Below, piece after piece: positions 24,892 to 34,618 of a stretch of 64,000 nucleotides of DNA. The position numbers and the translations under genes are program-made. Below the pieces are notes generated by a model. The model was not told where the DNA came from, made no database searches, and saw only the letters and a program-made list of their open reading frames with translations. Positions within the stretch are counted from its first letter, which is position 1. Each line of letters starts with the position of its first letter. The DNA is taken from sequence record PQ657772.1, one strand, 5' to 3'.

Positions 24892-25581
24892 ATGTCTAAT
24901 ACTAATACTTCTTTTGAACGTATCAATGGTTATTCCTTTGATAAAATTCTAGGTTACTTCTGTGGCAAAAACGCCCTAGCATCTATCGCAATTAGTAAAA
25001 TTGGTAATGTTAACGTGCGTGTTACTGGTGCAGTTGGTTCTTTCGCTGGTCTACAACGTTTCCTAAACACTGACGTAGCTGATGAAATCGTTGCATATCT
25101 AAATGAAAAAGGTATCATCCGTATCGATGGTACTCCATTTGAAGCAGCAACTCTAGAAGCTGATTATAACGCTGCTTACGCTGCACAAACTAACGTTAAA
25201 CGTATCGTTGATGTTGTTCAACAACGTGCAGTTATCATCGCTACTTCCGAAATCGCTGGCAACGACGTTGAGCCATTTGCAGTTACTGGTTTTACCAACG
25301 CTGCTGACGGTATCCTAAGTGTTGGGTCTGTTGATATCGCTAGTGCTTCAGTAGTTACTTTCCTCGTTGAACGTGCTAACGTATTTGATAAAGATATTCA
25401 ATCTTTCCAAGGCGTTCCAAGTACTGAGATCGAAGAAGGCCGTCTACTAATTGATGACCTAACCGCAGTTCCACTACTCGCTAAAGATGGTGTTACTGAA
25501 GTTGTTCTACGTTCCCAAGCTGCTGATGCTGCTGGTGACTTCGGTATCAAACTATTCAAATTCATCCCAGCGATGGTTTAA
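24892..25581 (+). CDS. Putative abundant virion protein, paralogue 2
   Basis: 229 aa; VQQRAVIIATS and VTFLVERANVFDK match paralogue 1. Confidence 0.75.
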   Translation: MSNTNTSFERINGYSFDKILGYFCGKNALASIAISKIGNVNVRVTGAVGSFAGLQRFLNTDVADEIVAYLNEKGIIRIDGTPFEAATLEADYNAAYAAQTNVKRIVDVVQQRAVIIATSEIAGNDVEPFAVTGFTNAADGILSVGSVDIASASVVTFLVERANVFDKDIQSFQGVPSTEIEEGRLLIDDLTAVPLLAKDGVTEVVLRSQAADAAGDFGIKLFKFIPAMV

Positions 25582-25594
25582 TAAATTAAAGATA

Positions 25595-25628
25595 AAAGAA
25601 AAGGAGAGCTTTTGCTCTCCTTTTTTTA
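25595..25628. terminator. Bidirectional intrinsic terminator
   Basis: aaaaggagagc-tttt-gctctcctttttt between convergent genes. Confidence 0.85.
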
Positions 25629-26351
25629 TTTGTATGAACGGAACCCTTCAGGTAAACCAGGTAGATTCTCTAACCCTTCGTTCGCATTCACTAGCTTTAC
25701 GTCATAATCATCACTGAAATCATCCGTAGCTAGTTTACGCCCCATGTCTCTAACGAAGTTGTCAATAATTTCTTCTTCGTCATTGCCTGGATGACCTTCC
25801 GCTTTTAACTTTTTCCAAAAGTATTCATTATAATCAAAAACAAATTCAACTTCATTTGTTTCTGGATTAAGTACTACATCCAAATCAATCCAAGGTTCTT
25901 TACGTAAAGTAAAGATTTCCTTTGAATACTCTTGTTGTGTAATCTCTTCATAACGATATGCAAACTCGATAGCTTTAAGACGTTTGTCATCACCATCAGG
26001 CATTAGTTCGATTACTTCCATATCATACTCTTTTTGAGTAATTGCACCAGTACTTAATTTAGCATCAAGTAATTTTACATTATACTCATCACGGGTAATC
26101 TTGGAATACTTCAATTGTACATCTGCCTGTGCTATTAGATAATCAAGAGTTTCTAATACATTGTATTTCTTTTTGATATCCAACTGTGCTACATCAACTT
26201 CATATGGTGTTAGATATGTAAGTTCTGCAACTAACATATCAGCTTCATAATCATCGTTATAGTAGTATGCTTTCGCAATCTCTTTCGCTTTACCAGAAAG
26301 TCCCCAATGAGCGGGGACCATCCAGAAAGGAATAAACCTTTTTTTAGCCAT
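25626..26351 (-). CDS. Hypothetical protein
   Basis: Start MAKKRFIPFW overlaps the groES stop; helical. Confidence 0.7.
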   Translation of the reverse strand: MAKKRFIPFWMVPAHWGLSGKAKEIAKAYYYNDDYEADMLVAELTYLTPYEVDVAQLDIKKKYNVLETLDYLIAQADVQLKYSKITRDEYNVKLLDAKLSTGAITQKEYDMEVIELMPDGDDKRLKAIEFAYRYEEITQQEYSKEIFTLRKEPWIDLDVVLNPETNEVEFVFDYNEYFWKKLKAEGHPGNDEEEIIDNFVRDMGRKLATDDFSDDYDVKLVNANEGLENLPGLPEGFRSYK

Positions 26352-26646
26352 TTGATTTCTTACCAAAAATTTCTTCAATTTTCATCACATAATATGTGTC
26401 TTCACCACCACCAAGATCTTCAGTGATAGGAGTGTTTAGTGATGAACGACCGAATACAACCATATCACCAACACAAATATTATGTTCTGCAATTTGCCCA
26501 TTAGGTAGTACTTTACCTTCACCAACTGAAATCACCATACCAACACATGGTGGTTCCACGTTTCCTAGGATAATACCACCAGTACTTTTATTCTGTGCTT
26601 CAATTTGACGAACCAGTACATAATCGTTAATCATTTTAATTTTCAT
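26344..26646 (-). CDS. groES: Co-chaperonin GroES (T4 gp31 analogue)
   Basis: MKIKMINDYVLVRQIEAQNKSTGGIILG...VISVGEG...VGDMVVF; GGAGG SD. Confidence 0.92.
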   Translation of the reverse strand: MKIKMINDYVLVRQIEAQNKSTGGIILGNVEPPCVGMVISVGEGKVLPNGQIAEHNICVGDMVVFGRSSLNTPITEDLGGGEDTYYVMKIEEIFGKKSNG

Positions 26647-26647
26647 A

Positions 26648-26854
26648 TCAGTAACCTCCAGTGTTTGCAAACCATTTACCACGGAAATAAAGATTAGCAC
26701 CTTTATCACCAGGGGTAAAAACTTCCAACTTCATAGTCTTTTCACCATTACATTGAGGACAATCATGAGGTTCTTCACGATTGGCAATTTTTACAATCTT
26801 TTCTAAACTGTGTTTACATTCTTCTTTTTCACAACGATATGTATATAATGGCAT
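26648..26854 (-). CDS. FmdB-family zinc-ribbon protein
   Basis: MPLYTYRCEKEECKH...CPQCNG...FRGKWFANTG; TATAAATA at 26914..26921. Confidence 0.8.
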   Translation of the reverse strand: MPLYTYRCEKEECKHSLEKIVKIANREEPHDCPQCNGEKTMKLEVFTPGDKGANLYFRGKWFANTGGY

Positions 26855-26921
26855 TTTTTGTCTTCCTTTACTTATTTTTAAATCAAAAATTTGGGGAACT
26901 CCATGTTCCCCATTATTTATA

Positions 26922-27653
26922 TTAGCAACCTGTTACGTAAATCTTGTATACCGCAATACCAGTGTCTAGAGTTACGTTTAGCATACCAGTTTTGGTAATA
27001 CCAAGGGTAACAGATTCTGCGTTAGAAACGCGGGATAGAGCTTGTAGAACACGGTCAATGTTATAACCAAAACCAAGACCTAGTTCACCTTCAGTTTTAG
27101 AGAATGCTAGTGCACCAACGTGGTTACTTTTGTTCTTCTCACCAACGTGGAAGTAAAGAGTATCACCTTCAGTGTATGGAGTTACTAGAGAACTGAAAGA
27201 TTTAAACACACCAGAGAAGCTTTTTAGTTCCTGAACTTTAGCTGCACTAGGTGTAACCTGTACGTCATATGGCTGTTCGTGGAAACGAGGCTGGGCTGGA
27301 ATTAGTTTTTCTGGTTGAACCATGAAAGTAGTACTTGCATCTTCTGCTTTGAATGCTAGGCTCTTAACTGCACCATCTTTCAAGTTAGAAGTGATAGTAG
27401 TTCCTTCAGTACTATAAGTTTTTAGAGACATTAGACCCTGTAGAAGACCTAGGTTACCAAGACCAAAACGACCTTGAACTTCTGGTACGTCTTCTTTAGT
27501 GTGAGCACGCATAACTAGGGTGCGGTCATCGGTGTATGCTTCCATGTAAACACGCTGTCCATCACCACGGTCTTCACTGCTAACTGCGATACAAGAAAAG
27601 TCGATGCCGTTGGTAGTGTTAACTAGGTCACGTAGTACGTTGCGTAGATCCAT
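26922..27653 (-). CDS. Putative DNA sliding clamp (gp45-like)
   Basis: 243 aa, two-domain beta-rich pattern, downstream of polB, high-expression codons. Confidence 0.6.
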   Translation of the reverse strand: MDLRNVLRDLVNTTNGIDFSCIAVSSEDRGDGQRVYMEAYTDDRTLVMRAHTKEDVPEVQGRFGLGNLGLLQGLMSLKTYSTEGTTITSNLKDGAVKSLAFKAEDASTTFMVQPEKLIPAQPRFHEQPYDVQVTPSAAKVQELKSFSGVFKSFSSLVTPYTEGDTLYFHVGEKNKSNHVGALAFSKTEGELGLGFGYNIDRVLQALSRVSNAESVTLGITKTGMLNVTLDTGIAVYKIYVTGC

Positions 27654-27720
27654 TATATAATTCTCCGTTTTATTTGTTAATCAAAAATGTTTTTGTATGC
27701 TTCAGATTACTACAAGCACC

Positions 27721-27750
27721 ATTATATCTCGTGAATGATGCTTGTCTCAA
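27721..27750 (-). promoter_or_regulatory. Pre-replicative promoter, TGRGAC class
   Basis: TTGAGA-caagcatcattcacgaga-TATAAT. Confidence 0.75.
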
Positions 27751-27757
27751 TTTTTTA

Positions 27758-28060
27758 TCAGTATTTTGTGTTCCAACGTTTAAGGTACGGCTTATCAGCG
27801 TTTGCACCTGCACCAATGTTGAATTTGTAACGTAGATGTTCTAAGTCTTTTAACGTGTTAACATCTTCAACAATGACAACTTTGCGTTTCTTTTCAATAG
27901 AATAGACGTCAACAATCTCACCGTCAATTTCAACAGAACCAGTTCTGGTGAAACCAGCAGACATTAGAACAACTTCATCATCATTATTGTATGCAAGTAC
28001 TGAATTTACGATAGTACTATCTTCCAGTACTGCACCAACACGCTTATAGATATTTTCCAT
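27758..28060 (-). CDS. Hypothetical protein
   Basis: Start MENIYK at 28060 behind GGAGAG. Confidence 0.65.
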   Translation of the reverse strand: MENIYKRVGAVLEDSTIVNSVLAYNNDDEVVLMSAGFTRTGSVEIDGEIVDVYSIEKKRKVVIVEDVNTLKDLEHLRYKFNIGAGANADKPYLKRWNTKY

Positions 28061-28061
28061 A

Positions 28062-28202
28062 TTACTCTCCTTGGGATGCACTCCATAAAACGTACTGTTC
28101 CCACGCCTCGTTAACACTGTCCTCAGACAGTGCCAGTGATTCATCAGAGAATACGTCATTTACTTCGTCATATTTTAGTTTAGTTTCGTCTGCAATAATC
28201 AT
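28062..28202 (-). CDS. Small acidic hypothetical protein (46 aa)
   Basis: Start MIIADE behind AAGGA immediately after the polB stop. Confidence 0.55.
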   Translation of the reverse strand: MIIADETKLKYDEVNDVFSDESLALSEDSVNEAWEQYVLWSASQGE

Positions 28203-28212
28203 AATATTTTCC

Positions 28213-31200
28213 TTACCAGGTGAAGAATCCGTTATTAACGGCTGCTGTGCTTTTCTCATGAATACCAATATCCATATCCAGAATACCAAAAATGTTTTCT
28301 AATTTTTTAGTTAGAACTATTTCTTCCATTTTCTCTGTATCAAATGGTAGTTCTAAGAACCATTCAGGTAGATATTCCACACAGTCAATTGGGTAACCTA
28401 CTGCTTTGATACCCATCGGGTTATCTTTTAAGTTACATACAATTACTTTTGTACCGTCAGTTACTTCAGGTACAGTTTTGTCATCATATACTTCACGTAG
28501 ACGGTTCCATTGAATACCTGCTAATACGTGACCAACTTTACATTTACCAGAAACTTCATATTCTGCTTCTAAGTTGGTATAGTTCTTAACAGTTTTCGGT
28601 GAACCCTTTTCGTGTACAGGCATGTCTTTAAATACCTCTTTAAAGTCACGTACACGCTGTTTAAGTTGAGCTTCAGACTCACCCACCAGCAATGCAATTA
28701 GAGTCTCTTCTAGGAAGTTCTGGATGTATTTTGGCGTATCTGAACGTTTAATTTCAAGACCCATCGCTTTAATTTCACCAGGCTTTCCATCAACATCTTT
28801 ACGGAAACCATCTTCCCAGTACTTGAGAATTGCATAACGCTTTTTCTTCAGGAATAGACCACGGGAACCGACCATCTCTAGGTCTGCACCAACAATCTTA
28901 CCTTTCTCAATACCAGTATTGAACATTTCGTTCATGAATGAAGGGAATGATTCACCAACTTCATCACCGATTTTGATATACATGTCAACGATTTCTTCTT
29001 TCGAAAGATTATATGGAATACCTTGTTCTTTCAGGTAATGAGTTACACTGAAGTAAACGGAGTCAGTATCACCGTAAATCACAGAGCCACCTTGGTGATT
29101 ATAAACGCCAGTAGTGATTTCATTGATACGGCTTGCCATATGTTTAGTCATAGAACGACCAGTTAAGGTAACGGACTGACCTAAACGCTTATCAAAGAAG
29201 CGTGAACCTTTGTTCAATAGTGCACCATATAGACTGTTTAGAAGAATCTTACGAATTTGCTGGTTCTGTTTCCAGAATGCACTTTGCTGTTTGAAGTAAT
29301 TCTTATCTTCCGTTGCACAGAAAATACGACCATCTTTCAGTACTAAACCATTTTCCACAATGAGTTTTGCAACTTCTTCCCATTGACCTTTACCAATAGC
29401 AATACGTAATAGATAAACAGGATCATTGTCATGTAAGTTTGTACGGAACATTGTACCACTTGTGTAGTTAGATAGCAAAGGTTCAACCTTCTCAGAACCA
29501 TTGAATTCCCACCCATCACTGTACATGTGTTTGTAGTCGATTACCATTTTTTGTTGTGCTTTACGCTCAGAATACCATTGAGTAAGAATATCTGGAATTA
29601 CACCATACTTAGACTTATCAAAAAGTGTTCCGTTAGCACTTAGTACAATAGTACTGTCTTCAGCAAAGATAATATCATACAATTCTTTACCAGTTGCATT
29701 GAACGAACTACCATCTTCTAAATCAACAATCAAAGTTTTGTCAGATTTTTCATGAACCATTGTAAATTCTACAGCAGCAAATAAACCATGCCATGCAGCG
29801 GTCCAATCAGGTTCAAACGCTTTAGATTTGGATTTAGCTTTTTGCTCTTGTACTTTAGCAGCAAGATATGCATCAGTGTAGTCTTGACGAAGTTGTCCAA
29901 GAATACATTCAGTACTCATGCCAAGTGTACGTAGTACAGTTGGATACAATGAGTTAAAGTCTGTACATCCCAAATCGCTAACAAGGCCAAGAACTGGATC
30001 TTGAACCCATGCACCAGCAGCTTTTGCACTGATTTTCTCATCTTCTTCATCACCTTCTTCACCATAGTACTCCATCTCTGGATCTAACTCAATATCATCT
30101 TTCGGTGCTTTGTTAAAAACAACTTCACCGCGACTGTGAGCAAGGTTGATGATAGCAGTGTCGATTAGTGCAACCGAACCCATTGTAGTACTAATTAGTA
30201 CACATTCTTTATGAGCAAGACGGTTATGCAGGTTGATAAAGTCACATTTAGCATCAATTTTCTTTAGAAGAATACTATCCTGCTTAGAATAACGCAAGAA
30301 TGTAATATAATCTTCACGGTATAGTTTATCCAATGAACCTTCATAGGATACTTTGTTTTCTTTAGTTACTTTTTCAGCAATATAATCTAGTTTGTACGAC
30401 TGTTCAACTTGACCAGCATGTTTCTTATAAAGAGCAAGATAGTCTAAGTGTACACGACCAATAAGATCATATGTTACTACAGTTTTACCAAAGTTATCAG
30501 CTTCACGAGCATTTGGTTTTTTATTCCACAAACACCAACGAGCAGTAGTTGCTTCGTTGAAGATTTTCTTGGTACGGTTGACCATATATGGAATATCAAA
30601 GAATTCACTGTTCCAACCTGAAATTACATCAGAGTCATCGATTAGACTAAAGAACTCCATAAACATTTCTTTCTCATCCGTATAAAGGATGACAGTACTG
30701 TTAGGGTCGTTAGTTTCTTCGTTTAACTGACGAACAATATCTTGTGCTTCGTACATTTCCATATCAGTTGGTGGCAAAGTCAGTACATAATCCTTACCAG
30801 TCCATGATTGATATAGAGAAATTGCAGTTACACGGTTGAATGGATCTGATGGTGGAGCATAACCAAACTTCTTATGGAAGTCGGTTTCGATATCGAAAAA
30901 TGCTACGTTCAAATCCGGCGAACCTTTACCCATGTATTCTCTAGCCAACGTTTTGAAGGTAATGTTGCAATCACTTTCAAAAATACGTAGACCTTCATTT
31001 TTATGTTGCTCAACGCTTTTATTCATCTGTGATTGAGTTTCAAACTCCAAATGCTTTGCGTTAGTTCCATAAATTGTTTTGTGTTCACCAGTAGGAGATT
31101 CAACATAATATTCATATACTGGGTCCAACTGACGTAGAATACGTTTACCGTTTTTACGTTCTGCTACGTGCAAAATATCACCAGTACGTTTACGTTCCAT

Positions 31201-31218
31201 ATAAGCATCGATATACAT
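28213..31218 (-). CDS. Family B DNA polymerase (gp43-like)
   Basis: ExoI FFDIETD, ExoII GWNSEFFDIPY, DFNSLYPT, KILLNSLYG, YGDTDS and KKKRY motifs. Confidence 0.96.
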   Translation of the reverse strand: MYIDAYMERKRTGDILHVAERKNGKRILRQLDPVYEYYVESPTGEHKTIYGTNAKHLEFETQSQMNKSVEQHKNEGLRIFESDCNITFKTLAREYMGKGSPDLNVAFFDIETDFHKKFGYAPPSDPFNRVTAISLYQSWTGKDYVLTLPPTDMEMYEAQDIVRQLNEETNDPNSTVILYTDEKEMFMEFFSLIDDSDVISGWNSEFFDIPYMVNRTKKIFNEATTARWCLWNKKPNAREADNFGKTVVTYDLIGRVHLDYLALYKKHAGQVEQSYKLDYIAEKVTKENKVSYEGSLDKLYREDYITFLRYSKQDSILLKKIDAKCDFINLHNRLAHKECVLISTTMGSVALIDTAIINLAHSRGEVVFNKAPKDDIELDPEMEYYGEEGDEEDEKISAKAAGAWVQDPVLGLVSDLGCTDFNSLYPTVLRTLGMSTECILGQLRQDYTDAYLAAKVQEQKAKSKSKAFEPDWTAAWHGLFAAVEFTMVHEKSDKTLIVDLEDGSSFNATGKELYDIIFAEDSTIVLSANGTLFDKSKYGVIPDILTQWYSERKAQQKMVIDYKHMYSDGWEFNGSEKVEPLLSNYTSGTMFRTNLHDNDPVYLLRIAIGKGQWEEVAKLIVENGLVLKDGRIFCATEDKNYFKQQSAFWKQNQQIRKILLNSLYGALLNKGSRFFDKRLGQSVTLTGRSMTKHMASRINEITTGVYNHQGGSVIYGDTDSVYFSVTHYLKEQGIPYNLSKEEIVDMYIKIGDEVGESFPSFMNEMFNTGIEKGKIVGADLEMVGSRGLFLKKKRYAILKYWEDGFRKDVDGKPGEIKAMGLEIKRSDTPKYIQNFLEETLIALLVGESEAQLKQRVRDFKEVFKDMPVHEKGSPKTVKNYTNLEAEYEVSGKCKVGHVLAGIQWNRLREVYDDKTVPEVTDGTKVIVCNLKDNPMGIKAVGYPIDCVEYLPEWFLELPFDTEKMEEIVLTKKLENIFGILDMDIGIHEKSTAAVNNGFFTW

Positions 31219-31300
31219 CGTTTGTATTCCTTTACGTTTATTAAGTTAAAAATAAAGCCCCCATTCATTGGAGGCTATAAAGTTTAGTTTTTAGTACTTA

Positions 31301-31606
31301 TTAGTAATCGTCATCTGCTTGTGGCAAATTGTTAGTAACACTTAGGATAGTTTCGATATTATCGAGTTTGTTTTGTTTATCAAAGTAATCGCCTTTGTAG
31401 ATACGTTGAGCGGCTTGTTTGATATCGGATGCATCAATACCTAGTTCATCAGAGATGGAACTAATGAAATCTGCATAGGATGCTTTGGTGTCGTCAATAA
31501 AAGTAAGTTGTACTACTGCGTTGTTTAGTGCATCACCTAGACGTTTACGTTGTTCATCATTTAGGTCACGAATTTCAACTTTAACTTCTTTTTTAGCTTT
31601 TGCCAT
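31301..31606 (-). CDS. Putative dsDNA-binding protein (T4 DsbA/GapR-like)
   Basis: 101-aa helical protein, SISDELGIDASDIKQAAQRIYK; own promoter. Confidence 0.5.
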   Translation of the reverse strand: MAKAKKEVKVEIRDLNDEQRKRLGDALNNAVVQLTFIDDTKASYADFISSISDELGIDASDIKQAAQRIYKGDYFDKQNKLDNIETILSVTNNLPQADDDY

Positions 31607-31668
31607 TTGTTTGCTTCTCCATGTGTTTTGAAAAAAATGTCATCTCACAACCTCTGTAAGATGACTAC

Positions 31669-31698
31669 ATTGTATCACTACTTACGATTTTGTTCCAA
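31669..31698 (-). promoter_or_regulatory. Pre-replicative promoter (variant)
   Basis: TTGGAA-caaaatcgtaagtagtga-TACAAT. Confidence 0.6.
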
Positions 31699-31706
31699 AA
31701 AAACTT

Positions 31707-32225
31707 TTAAACAGGTTTAACAGGGAACGAAAACTTCTTCTTACTAAATTCAGATGTTGTTAGAGATGATAGCTCAAGAACATATGCTTTCAACTTAGGA
31801 AACAGTTCTATTTCATAATCAGTTGCTACCTCAAGATCTATCGCCATCTTAATGTTATTCAACTCATTAATTGCTACGGTTCTTAATTCTTGGTGCTCAG
31901 ATGATAGACGTTTGATCTTTTCATCAGTAGATTCAACATAATCAGAAATTTTACTTCCATCATAGATTTTACCAACTACTTCATCTTCATCTCCATCATG
32001 CTCCAACTCAGAAACACTGTATCCATACGGTACTAACAATGTTACATCATATGATGCTTGTGCAATATATCCATCGTCAGAGTACTGAACTTTTAAAGTA
32101 TCTTGTCTGAATTCGTTTTGACAATCATACCAGTCAACACCCTCATCTGACAATAGATAAAGAACATTATCTCCATGTTTCTTTTCTACTGGGATATATT
32201 TTTTGAAATGTGTATATGTTTTCAT
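31707..32225 (-). CDS. Tail fibre assembly chaperone (Tfa-like)
   Basis: LYLLSDEGVDWYDCQ and LDLEVATDYE...LKAYVLEL...FPVKP; follows the fibre gene. Confidence 0.82.
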   Translation of the reverse strand: MKTYTHFKKYIPVEKKHGDNVLYLLSDEGVDWYDCQNEFRQDTLKVQYSDDGYIAQASYDVTLLVPYGYSVSELEHDGDEDEVVGKIYDGSKISDYVESTDEKIKRLSSEHQELRTVAINELNNIKMAIDLEVATDYEIELFPKLKAYVLELSSLTTSEFSKKKFSFPVKPV

Positions 32226-32226
32226 A

Positions 32227-33855
32227 TTAAGACTCCACTACTACGTTAGTCCATACACCATTGACTAATTTTTGTGTATATCTCCAACTATAACCTTCAA
32301 CGTGTGTACCAGAACTCCCATTTACGGAAATAAACAACCCATCAAGCGTAGCACCTTCTGGTGCATAGATCCAAGAAGAATCAGGAACACTTCGCGTAGA
32401 TGTTCTTTTACTTAAACGAACATCTTGTACAGCACCCAGTGTTAAAGTTACGTTGCCGCTTGCATCAGCGTTGTTACCGTTAATAGATCTGACGATGTTT
32501 TTACTAGCAACAGTTGCTGTGTTTCCAGAAATAGACAATGATGCACCAGTTACTGATGGAGCATAAAGTACACCAGAAGAGTTAATTGTAACTTCAGAAC
32601 CACCATTACTTCTCAAACGTAATGTATTTGTTGATGAACTGTGATAAATTGCTGCACGTTCAGTAGTTCCTGCCGCGTTACGGAAGTAAAGTACTAATGA
32701 AGTATCATTCGAACGAATTGTTGCACTGTTTGCGATACTCAATGAACCAGACATTGTATCACCAGTTTTAAGTACATAACGGGTGTTTGCAACTTTTTCA
32801 CTCAATGCAACGTTTGACTCTGCAATGTTATATAAGTATGCCACATTAAAGTGTGGTACGTCAATATTGCTAATTCCGTGGCTGTGTGCTTGACCACTAC
32901 CAACAGTATTCGTAGAACCACTGAAACTATGCACGTGATCAGGTGCTTCGTTAATGTTATTAATTACAGTTGGGATTCCGTTGTCGTTACTGGATGTTAA
33001 CGCATTAAGACCACTTCTGTCCATACCTTTTAGTGCTTGGCTATGACCATGACGACCAGCAGCACCAGTAGTTCCACTGAAACTAAATGAGTGCGGTGGA
33101 AGTTGAGCAATTGATATCGCAGTACCACTAATTGATGCACTACTTGCAATCACACTATCAGTTTTAGTTACGCCTGATGTGGTAATACCTTTCAAGTATG
33201 CTTCTTGGTTAAGATTTGGAACTTGTTTTGTGATTGTACCATTTTCACCATCCCATGTCCACCACATTCCATCAGCAAAACACCAACCGTCAGAAGTTTT
33301 CCACGGAGAACCTTGTGAACCATTACGACCACTTTGACCATTGGTCACACCAGACATCTGTTCACGAATACTAGCAACAGTTTGTCCAGAAGTCAATGAG
33401 TACTGGGTAATTGCACCAGGCTTCATTGAAGTATAAAGACCTGTTGGGCCAGTACCGCTACTTGATGGAATAGGGAATACGATATTTAAATTCGTACCAC
33501 TAATGCTCGCACTTGGAACAGCACTACTACTATATGTTACTGTTTCAACTTTTAAATTCAGTTTACGGTTCACTTCATCGAGTGAAATACGGATTGGTTC
33601 AAGAATTGTATCAGTATCGTATACTGCAATCCAACTTGTCCCGTTGTGGTATTTTAACACCAACTCATTTCTATCAAATACCATAGCACCTTGCTCACCT
33701 GCTGGCAATGCCTGTACTGGTAAAATGACAGAAGATGAATTAAAACGAATAGGTCTTGGATTAGTTGGTGTACCACCAAGCACTATTAGTTCTAAAGATC
33801 CATTAGCACCAGTACTAGTCATAGTATCCAGTGGGTTATTAAAACTTATGCTCAT
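32227..33855 (-). CDS. Tail fibre protein
   Basis: Collar-like PGAI...GWCFADG...PNL, HxH needle motifs (HGHS, HVHS, HSHG), C-terminal AVQDVRL fibre tip; AATAAATA late box at 33888..33895. Confidence 0.88.
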   Translation of the reverse strand: MSISFNNPLDTMTSTGANGSLELIVLGGTPTNPRPIRFNSSSVILPVQALPAGEQGAMVFDRNELVLKYHNGTSWIAVYDTDTILEPIRISLDEVNRKLNLKVETVTYSSSAVPSASISGTNLNIVFPIPSSSGTGPTGLYTSMKPGAITQYSLTSGQTVASIREQMSGVTNGQSGRNGSQGSPWKTSDGWCFADGMWWTWDGENGTITKQVPNLNQEAYLKGITTSGVTKTDSVIASSASISGTAISIAQLPPHSFSFSGTTGAAGRHGHSQALKGMDRSGLNALTSSNDNGIPTVINNINEAPDHVHSFSGSTNTVGSGQAHSHGISNIDVPHFNVAYLYNIAESNVALSEKVANTRYVLKTGDTMSGSLSIANSATIRSNDTSLVLYFRNAAGTTERAAIYHSSSTNTLRLRSNGGSEVTINSSGVLYAPSVTGASLSISGNTATVASKNIVRSINGNNADASGNVTLTLGAVQDVRLSKRTSTRSVPDSSWIYAPEGATLDGLFISVNGSSGTHVEGYSWRYTQKLVNGVWTNVVVES

Positions 33856-33896
33856 GTATAAATCCCTTTAATGATTAATATATACTATATTTATTA

Positions 33897-34205
33897 CTAT
33901 AGCAAGTCGTTTTCCATATCGTCAAGAACAGAATCGACGATGTTCGCTGCTATCTTCTTAGGCATCTTGAACCACTCGGTGTTAGGTTGCCTTACTGCGT
34001 TCATTTGTTTTAGTCTTTTGTGAATTTCTTTCTCTGCTAAACGTGCATCTTCAAAGTGTACTTCATGGTATACCACAAAATCTCTAAAAGGTGTAGCAGT
34101 TTGATATGTCCTTAAACGTTCTGTCATTTCAGATTTACTGGTAAATCCTATCTTAACATAATCAGGCCACGCATCATTTACTATAACATAACATATCTGT
34201 GACAT
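33897..34205 (-). CDS. GIY-YIG/T5orf172-domain protein
   Basis: CYVIVNDAWPDYVKIGFT...ERLRTYQTATP...AEKEIHKRL...EWF. Confidence 0.85.
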   Translation of the reverse strand: MSQICYVIVNDAWPDYVKIGFTSKSEMTERLRTYQTATPFRDFVVYHEVHFEDARLAEKEIHKRLKQMNAVRQPNTEWFKMPKKIAANIVDSVLDDMENDLL

Positions 34206-34244
34206 AGAAAATATCTCCATCAGTAATATGAAGATATTTATTAA

Positions 34245-34604
34245 TCAAGTAATTCGGAAATTTACCCCAGCATCAATTAGGCGTTGGAATGGGTTTTGTG
34301 GCTCGAATTCAGAAGGAGTTTTTGAAATGTTCAGTACTGGAGCATCAGCATGTAACTTTGACATACGTTCTTTGTACTTATCTAAGTATTCTTCATATAA
34401 CATATCTTCAGTGTTACTATCAAGTATGTCTTCAATAAATGAATCAATACTATAGTCCAGTCTATCATCATTATAATACAAAGTTTCACTAGCTTCATCA
34501 TAACCAACTAAAGTCCCGTATGGAACGTTAATCTCAATTTTTGAGTACTGACTCTTTAAGTACTCTTCTTTCTTAAAAATGTATACAGTTAACATCCGTG
34601 TCAA
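34245..34604 (-). CDS. Hypothetical protein
   Basis: 119-aa ORF with GGAG SD. Confidence 0.65.
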   Translation of the reverse strand: MTRMLTVYIFKKEEYLKSQYSKIEINVPYGTLVGYDEASETLYYNDDRLDYSIDSFIEDILDSNTEDMLYEEYLDKYKERMSKLHADAPVLNISKTPSEFEPQNPFQRLIDAGVNFRIT

Positions 34605-34618
34605 CTCCTTATGGTTGT

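Noticed and set aside
29300-29560. Insertion in the PolB fingers region as a possible mini-intein
   Set aside because: No Cys/Ser at position 1 and no His-Asn followed by Cys/Ser/Thr; an ordinary lineage-specific insertion is more likely
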